A stretch of DNA of 64,000 nt from Spirochaetia bacterium (lineage in GTDB: Bacteria > Spirochaetota > Spirochaetia > CADAEX01), in contig OY759746.1 in assembly GCA_963662795.1 (NCBI GenBank), positions 3,296,001 through 3,360,000 on the forward strand, given 5' to 3'. Made by a program: the position numbers and the translations under genes. Shown here in pieces: positions 59,501 to 64,000 of the stretch. The notes beneath the pieces are model-generated. The model ran no database searches. It worked only from the letters and a program-made list of their open reading frames with translations, and had not been told where the DNA came from. Positions within the stretch are counted from its first letter, which is position 1. Each line of letters begins with the position of its first letter.

Positions 59501-61453
59501 GGAATAGCTGTAATAATCCTTGAATATCAGTTTCCCCCTGTTTCCCCTTTCGGCCGGGAAACTGCCTATGGAAATATTGTCTTCCGGCACACTCGAGGGG
59601 AATATATAGCTGCTGCCGAGCCTCATGGTTATGCCTGACTGCTGCATATCGAATAGCCGGAGTAAACCGGTGGTGTCGGGAGATGTAATTGAAACGCCTG
59701 TATCTATCCCCAGGGTAAAGTTTTCCCTTGTATATTCAAGACCACCTGTCGTAAGAAGGGAGCCTTTATACTGCTCAGGATATCTTGAATACTGATTTTG
59801 AAGGACATTCCACTTAATCCCGAAAGCAAGCTCTGCAGTCATATAATCGCCCAGAAAAAACCTGTTACCTGTCGCGAACAGCAGATCGCCGCCCTCAGTA
59901 TCGATGTATGAAGTCTTATAGGTAATTTTTATTTTGTCATTGGGATGTATATATGTTTTGAATGTTATAATACCGCTTGCATAATCTATATCGTACATTG
60001 ATTCCGCATATCCGTTTCTTTTTACTGTAACAGAACCGGGAACAATATCGGGATCAAGCGAAAAAGAGCTGACAGGTGAAAGAGTTTCAAGGCGCAGTTC
60101 CTTTACAAAGCTCCCCGGGACAGTTTTCTTTGAAAGCCCGTAAACAGGATTTAAAAACTTCCCGGAGAGGGGATACCTGTTATACATATCACGTACGCCG
60201 TTGGCATTCACATAAATATTTACGAGATTGTCTTCCGGTTCAGTCCTGAATTTAAGTTTTTCATCTATTACATCGGAATCGCTGCTTTTATCGGATATGC
60301 CGAAATTTATCTTTGATCTGTCGTCAGGGAGCTGTGCTGATGACTTGTAATATGAAAGTGATTCGAAAGGGGAGTATTCCCCTCGGTTGTAGATTAAAAG
60401 GGCCTGTTTGCCGTTGACAGTTACCTGCCAGTTGTCTGTAAGATCATAACTGAGAGTTGGATAATCTTCCAAAGCCCAGCTGAAATCTACAGCCCCGCTT
60501 GATGGAACCGGTGTCCCGTCAGCATCAACAGCGCACAAAGCTCCTTTCCCGATTGAAGTGCTTCCTATCGGGAATCCGTTTTTTGTGTAATAAACCAGGG
60601 CCCGGCTTTCAAGGGGCGGAGTAAATAGAACAGTTCCGTCATCGGAAGATATAACAGCTTCTGTATTTTCAGCCTTTTTATACCGTCTGCCGTCAGAACC
60701 CGTAAAACTTCCGTCATCATTTTCAATATAGACTTCAATGTTTTCAAAGTCCGTATCCGGAAGTATAAAGAGTCTGCCCCTGAAATAATCAGTTGGTACA
60801 AGGGTCTGTCTGTTAACTTCGTTTTTCCCTATAAATTCCTTGACTGCGAGTTCTGCCGGGTCATACCTTACCATCAGCTCATGCCATGTGTTTTCTGTCT
60901 TGAAAGCGGCAGATGCGCCCAGTGAATTGTTGGGTATTGATGAAATTGTTAAAAAACTGTAATCCTCAATATCAATTTTTGTATTACCGACAAGAACAGA
61001 CTGGACAAACTCATCCTCTTTCCCCTCATATCCGAGGAGAAAGGTATTCTGAGTTGAGTCTTCCTTGATTGTCGCTTCAAAGAAATACCTGTCCATAAGC
61101 CAGAGTGAAATTGTAAGGTCAGGGACCTGAGTAAAGGCAAGGCCGGGTGTCATCTGGGGGAAAGGGGCGGAAATATATTCACCTGATGAGAGATCGTATC
61201 CTATAGAACCTGTAAAAGATGAGTCCCAGGAGCCGAGCATGTATAAATCAACATCAGCATCATTAAGCTGTGTCTGGAATATAGCTTCGGGAGCTTCATC
61301 CTTTATGCTGGCGCTGCCTCTTTGAGTCTCATTTTTTTCTTCCGGATGTAAATACTGGGTTTGGGAAATAAAAATCAGGAGCAGAAAAAAAATGCCGTAG
61401 CAGTTAAATAAATGTTTCAAAATCTTACCTAACTTCCGGAATATCACATGCAT
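56525..61453 (-). CDS. Very large putative outer-membrane protein with SprA-like motifs
   Basis: 1642 aa; signal peptide; beta-rich Ser/Thr/Gly/aromatic composition; IVPGSVTV...YDIDYASG.I.F and LYIQIGTVSEDLDGDG.LDSE motifs; C-terminal Phe. Exact start uncertain. Confidence 0.7.
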   Translation of the reverse strand: MHVIFRKLGKILKHLFNCYGIFFLLLIFISQTQYLHPEEKNETQRGSASIKDEAPEAIFQTQLNDADVDLYMLGSWDSSFTGSIGYDLSSGEYISAPFPQMTPGLAFTQVPDLTISLWLMDRYFFEATIKEDSTQNTFLLGYEGKEDEFVQSVLVGNTKIDIEDYSFLTISSIPNNSLGASAAFKTENTWHELMVRYDPAELAVKEFIGKNEVNRQTLVPTDYFRGRLFILPDTDFENIEVYIENDDGSFTGSDGRRYKKAENTEAVISSDDGTVLFTPPLESRALVYYTKNGFPIGSTSIGKGALCAVDADGTPVPSSGAVDFSWALEDYPTLSYDLTDNWQVTVNGKQALLIYNRGEYSPFESLSYYKSSAQLPDDRSKINFGISDKSSDSDVIDEKLKFRTEPEDNLVNIYVNANGVRDMYNRYPLSGKFLNPVYGLSKKTVPGSFVKELRLETLSPVSSFSLDPDIVPGSVTVKRNGYAESMYDIDYASGIITFKTYIHPNDKIKITYKTSYIDTEGGDLLFATGNRFFLGDYMTAELAFGIKWNVLQNQYSRYPEQYKGSLLTTGGLEYTRENFTLGIDTGVSITSPDTTGLLRLFDMQQSGITMRLGSSYIFPSSVPEDNISIGSFPAERGNRGKLIFKDYYSYSLGSASLNNYTWDVSDSQIYSYETGNPPGPYTAKASNDGIQGEILVMDMDVDDDEWAGAQVPLRKYSENQDLSSAESISFKIKCEDVSAGKLYIQIGTVSEDLDGDGVLDSENSIYSDGFPFNDTGNSAVLLVGGKGGSTTRGNGSIDSEDNDLNKVLDLEDMKNIVTQDADDILSVYAITFPDISSSGKWIKLNYNFTSDEKKLLTQSSAVRFIYVNESGAAVTGRILIGELFIESSPFSATASNQDSTYAKEVYERYSSGEAPPETLVKAYPEVEDIFFSDLDITSTQKVLESGWDGTDYTLTGYSTPVPYDMYRTLAGYIRIPELGTPDPAEFTISYTDTSGRGITATFTTDPFNEWRKLEIDLDKKRIYLAGENMNGSVKVTSTEKGLSMLKITSDSDAGKLYLDEVHLTDPKISLSGAVATRYEQFFPGTLLSARGQSIISDLTLKEDFMHVREDFSTDLSENTDANNTRTKTTVKTGILNSDLETNLDFSWVEPEFYSVIDHSYTSPLGTDFLTFSDYYSESKDEWNLSFSKRNELKAKSGDTGYISASAESYLLYSDLSQKWDFKYKSDTYGTISGSSDLSLTKISSGYTTEDSWYMENWLNSFSLLAADNSDKWPDRSIETENNILFKREFSGTDVLISSGTQSSGEDEDRSQTSTGLLQLQFPFYKKSANGWDITPGYSRSFSYTNRDAPESSFLDDTALWFSDFAGQSYFYTGIPFAEFFSDGFEETFEDKSSYLSKSTYTPAAFIKLTRGRRQSISDLYAPSELGFRYSKDFTKNEDTFVNIYRITGEYTARAVNMFGSTGIEPVFDFYRTDEFITRFSVTASSTDTPVPQDREYAIGNSLYFSGHKDTEFIIDNKFRYVYSHSEDMKYYYDDASASYIWIRRPKERIHMKYLAEEKDDPAYFSHTESLIYSTAPESTLSEINYWSILLTHESALVFPEKGNFKAVLSIGMEKHKIYDYVSDEKNIYLLGIQAGIFGKVMF

Positions 61454-61513
61454 GGGCAGCTCCGCAGCGGAGAGGAGTCAATGCATATTGCGGGTAAGGG
61501 CATCATGCATTAA

Positions 61514-62419
61514 TTACAGGCTTTCTTTCGCCCTGATAAGATTATACAATACTTTGTTTATAGTTACATCAATATTATGTTTTTGCCCAAGTTCGATCAT
61601 CTTGCCGGAAAGCATCTGTACCTCTGTTTTCCTTTTCGCTTCAGTATCCTGGCACATTGATGTTTTTCCATCACCGCCCAGGGAGGCGAGAATCCCGTAC
61701 CATTTAGTGAGGTCAGACCCGGAAAGATCAACACCTTCCGCATTTGCTACCTTGATTACCTCAAGCATTGTCTGGTCCATCAGTTCTTTGGCGTATACAT
61801 TGCTTCTCATAAACTCATAATTTGCGTTAAGTATGGCCGATACCTGGTTGATGCCTGTATTGATCATGAACTTGAACCACATAACATGCTTAATGTCCTC
61901 CGGTATTTCATGCGCAAGAGAGCATTCGATAAAAAGATCTTTTACCGGTTTAATATCATTTTCAGTAGTTGAATTATCAAAATGGCCGAAAAAAAGTTTG
62001 CCTTCGTTCGTGAAAATGGTAGCGTTTCCATCTCTTACTGCATCCATCCCAAGCGGAACAGACAAGAGTATTTTACCTTTTTTCAAACTGTTCTTTATGA
62101 TTTCTTCGCTGTCGATACCGTTAAGAACAGATATTATAACTGTCTCTTCCGTGACCATGTTTTTAATCTGTTCTATTATTTCAGGGAGATTGTGATATTT
62201 TACAGCAATCAGGATAAAATCAGGTTTAAATGCCGGGTTTCCGTCTGTGCATTTTACCGGATATTTTTTACCGTTAACGATAAGGCCGTCAGATTCAAGC
62301 CTTGTTTTTCTTTTCCCGTCAGCAAGAAAAAATATGTTCTTCTTTTTTTCAATAAATTTATGTCCGTAAAGCGCCCCAAGAGCGCCTGCGCCGGCAACAA
62401 GGATCTTTTCAATTTTCAT
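61514..62419 (-). CDS. panE: 2-dehydropantoate 2-reductase (ketopantoate reductase)
   Basis: GAGALG, VK, LNG, W.KF..N.G.N, KTSM.QD....RKTE. Confidence 0.92.
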   Translation of the reverse strand: MKIEKILVAGAGALGALYGHKFIEKKKNIFFLADGKRKTRLESDGLIVNGKKYPVKCTDGNPAFKPDFILIAVKYHNLPEIIEQIKNMVTEETVIISVLNGIDSEEIIKNSLKKGKILLSVPLGMDAVRDGNATIFTNEGKLFFGHFDNSTTENDIKPVKDLFIECSLAHEIPEDIKHVMWFKFMINTGINQVSAILNANYEFMRSNVYAKELMDQTMLEVIKVANAEGVDLSGSDLTKWYGILASLGGDGKTSMCQDTEAKRKTEVQMLSGKMIELGQKHNIDVTINKVLYNLIRAKESL

Positions 62420-62424
62420 CAGTA

Positions 62425-63120
62425 TCAGACGCCCCTGTTAAACAAATATATTTCATCCATGTTTAAGGTGTTCTGGAGGTGTATTGAATCCTGAATACTG
62501 TCCTGCGAAGTTGATTCAACATCAATCAGTTTTGTAAATTCCGCAAAGTCAGGGTGGCTGACAATAATTTTGAAAGTAAAAGTTTTTGTTATATTGTTTT
62601 CTTCAGCTTCTATGGGATATGGCCAGAAAATGAAAAGGCCGCCTGTATATTCTGAAAGAATTACCGGATTGGATGTCATTTCAGAGGTCATTTTGACAAG
62701 ATTGTCATCGAGAAATAGTTTTACATCAGCATTGGAAACCGGCTCAAACGTTTTTCCGTTTATGATTTTTCCGATTATATTGGGAAAATTGAAATAAAAA
62801 CCATCTTTAAAAAATTCTTCTGTTCTTCTATTATGGTCAGTTCCAAATCTCTTGCGGGATGATATTACAGAAAAACCTTCCTTGACCAGATGGAATATAT
62901 CAGCATCCATCTGCAGTTTTTTTGAATATTCAAGCTCATGGTGAACAATTCCCCTGCTTGAGATTACATATTTTGGGGCGGAATTATTTAATACATAGCA
63001 TGCGACATCAAGGCGGCATTGAATACAGTCGCAGTATTTTTCCCTGTCAAAAGTTGAGCTCTGACAGTATTCATCAACGGAATTTTTGACTTTTTCCTCA
63101 AGAAGATTGTGTATTTCCAT
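62425..63120 (-). CDS. ComFB family protein with a C-terminal carboxypeptidase-regulatory-like domain
   Basis: IHN..EE.V, C.C.QCRLDVACYVLN...P.Y (ComFB Zn motif); YFNFP.IIG.I.NG.TFEP. Confidence 0.85.
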   Translation of the reverse strand: MEIHNLLEEKVKNSVDEYCQSSTFDREKYCDCIQCRLDVACYVLNNSAPKYVISSRGIVHHELEYSKKLQMDADIFHLVKEGFSVISSRKRFGTDHNRRTEEFFKDGFYFNFPNIIGKIINGKTFEPVSNADVKLFLDDNLVKMTSEMTSNPVILSEYTGGLFIFWPYPIEAEENNITKTFTFKIIVSHPDFAEFTKLIDVESTSQDSIQDSIHLQNTLNMDEIYLFNRGV

Positions 63121-63179
63121 ATCTAAGATGAAGTTTATCAGTTGTTATTGAGAACTTCAAGAAATATTAATAATATTTT

Positions 63180-63941
63180 CTACAGATCGGTGGGCAGATA
63201 CTCGGAGTTGATTTTCCAGGGAGCATCAAATATATGCTCATAAACATTTTTATCCAGGTGGTAGAGTTCTTTAAGTACAGGTTTCATCCTGAGCCTCAGG
63301 TTTGTTTCCTTGTAGGGGCATGAGGTATTGTGAACAGGAAGCTCAAGCCGTTCCGCTGCAAGCCTGACTGCTGTTTCCCTTACAAGGCAGAGCGGTCTAA
63401 TAAGTTTTAATTTCCCTTCAAAAAAATCCTGAACCGGCATCATTGTTGAAAAATTGCCTCTAAGGCAAAGATTCATAAGTGTAGTTTCTACAATATCATC
63501 CATGTGATGCCCTGTCGCAATTATATTGATACCGTGTTTTTCCGCATATTCAAACAGTATTCTTTTCCTGTTTCTTGCACAGAGATAGCAGTTGAACTTA
63601 CCCCTGAAAGAGGGGGGCTGGATATCGGCGTCAAGTGATTCAAAGGGGATGGAAAGCATTTTGAAATATTTTTTAATTTCAGACATTTTATCTTCCGGAA
63701 CAGGGTATTCGCGGAAATTTATGTGGAGCGCTTTAAGTTCATATTTGACAGGAAGCCATTTAAGCCTGATCGCAAGACAAAGGGCAAGAACAAGTGAATC
63801 CTTGCCTCCTGATACTGCAAGGAGAACTTTATCATTCTCTCCCATCATGCTGAATCGGTTTATCCCTTTCCCTGCCTGCTTCACTATCCTCATAAGCCAT
63901 TTGGGAATTTTGTCTGTATCGCTTTTCATTATGTCTGTCAT
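63180..63941 (-). CDS. ttcA: TtcA family tRNA 2-thiocytidine biosynthesis protein
   Basis: PP-loop SGGKDS, CYLC.R.R, TGHH.DD..ET.LMN, IRPL, CPY. Confidence 0.85.
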   Translation of the reverse strand: MTDIMKSDTDKIPKWLMRIVKQAGKGINRFSMMGENDKVLLAVSGGKDSLVLALCLAIRLKWLPVKYELKALHINFREYPVPEDKMSEIKKYFKMLSIPFESLDADIQPPSFRGKFNCYLCARNRKRILFEYAEKHGINIIATGHHMDDIVETTLMNLCLRGNFSTMMPVQDFFEGKLKLIRPLCLVRETAVRLAAERLELPVHNTSCPYKETNLRLRMKPVLKELYHLDKNVYEHIFDAPWKINSEYLPTDL

Positions 63942-64000
63942 GCGGCCCCTGTTTTCCTGTTTTAAAAAAAGATTGATTTTGCCGGCAGCTGCCGGTGCGT

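Noticed and set aside
61452-62494. Plus-strand ORFs of 120-170 aa opposite panE, and similar antisense ORFs across the window
   Set aside because: They overlap well-supported genes on the other strand and lack motifs or RBS.
63982-63995. 14-bp perfect palindrome CCGGCAGCTGCCGG, loosely similar to the 1865-1899 hairpin
   Set aside because: It lies at the window edge with only short shared words; most likely an ordinary terminator stem, not a repeat family.
1-64000. CRISPR array or cas operon associated with the cas2-like gene
   Set aside because: No spacer region is long enough or shows regularly spaced direct repeats, and there is no cas1/cas3/cas9-like ORF in the window.

Overview
AT-rich, gene-dense chromosomal segment, most likely from an anaerobic spirochaete (Spirochaetales-like; inferred from gene content and gene order, not from a search). 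It is mostly core genome: a pcnB 3' end, a complete rnfCDGEAB operon, prfB with an intact +1 programmed frameshift, cheY, ftsY, lolCDE-type ABC, mcsA-mcsB-clpC, rnz, a GldA/GldF/GldG/DUF4340-type ABC system, two Maf/DUF115 genes, tsaC, rsmE, mutL, panE, comFB and ttcA. I found no CRISPR array, rRNA, tRNA, integrase or transposase. Main items for follow-up: (1) a solitary Cas2-like gene with its own sigma70-like, apparently leaderless promoter heading the prfB-cheY-ftsY-lol gene run; (2) a 1642-aa predicted outer-membrane protein with motifs resembling the type IX secretion translocon SprA; (3) several apparent pseudo-enzymes (McsB, GH57, Mrr-like, GGDEF-like, gluzincin-like); (4) a multicopper oxidase pseudogene collapsed by internal deletions; (5) a very acidic, repeat-rich scaffold-like protein next to flagellin-modification genes; (6) repeated leaderless promoter architecture. 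All family calls come from motif recognition by eye.
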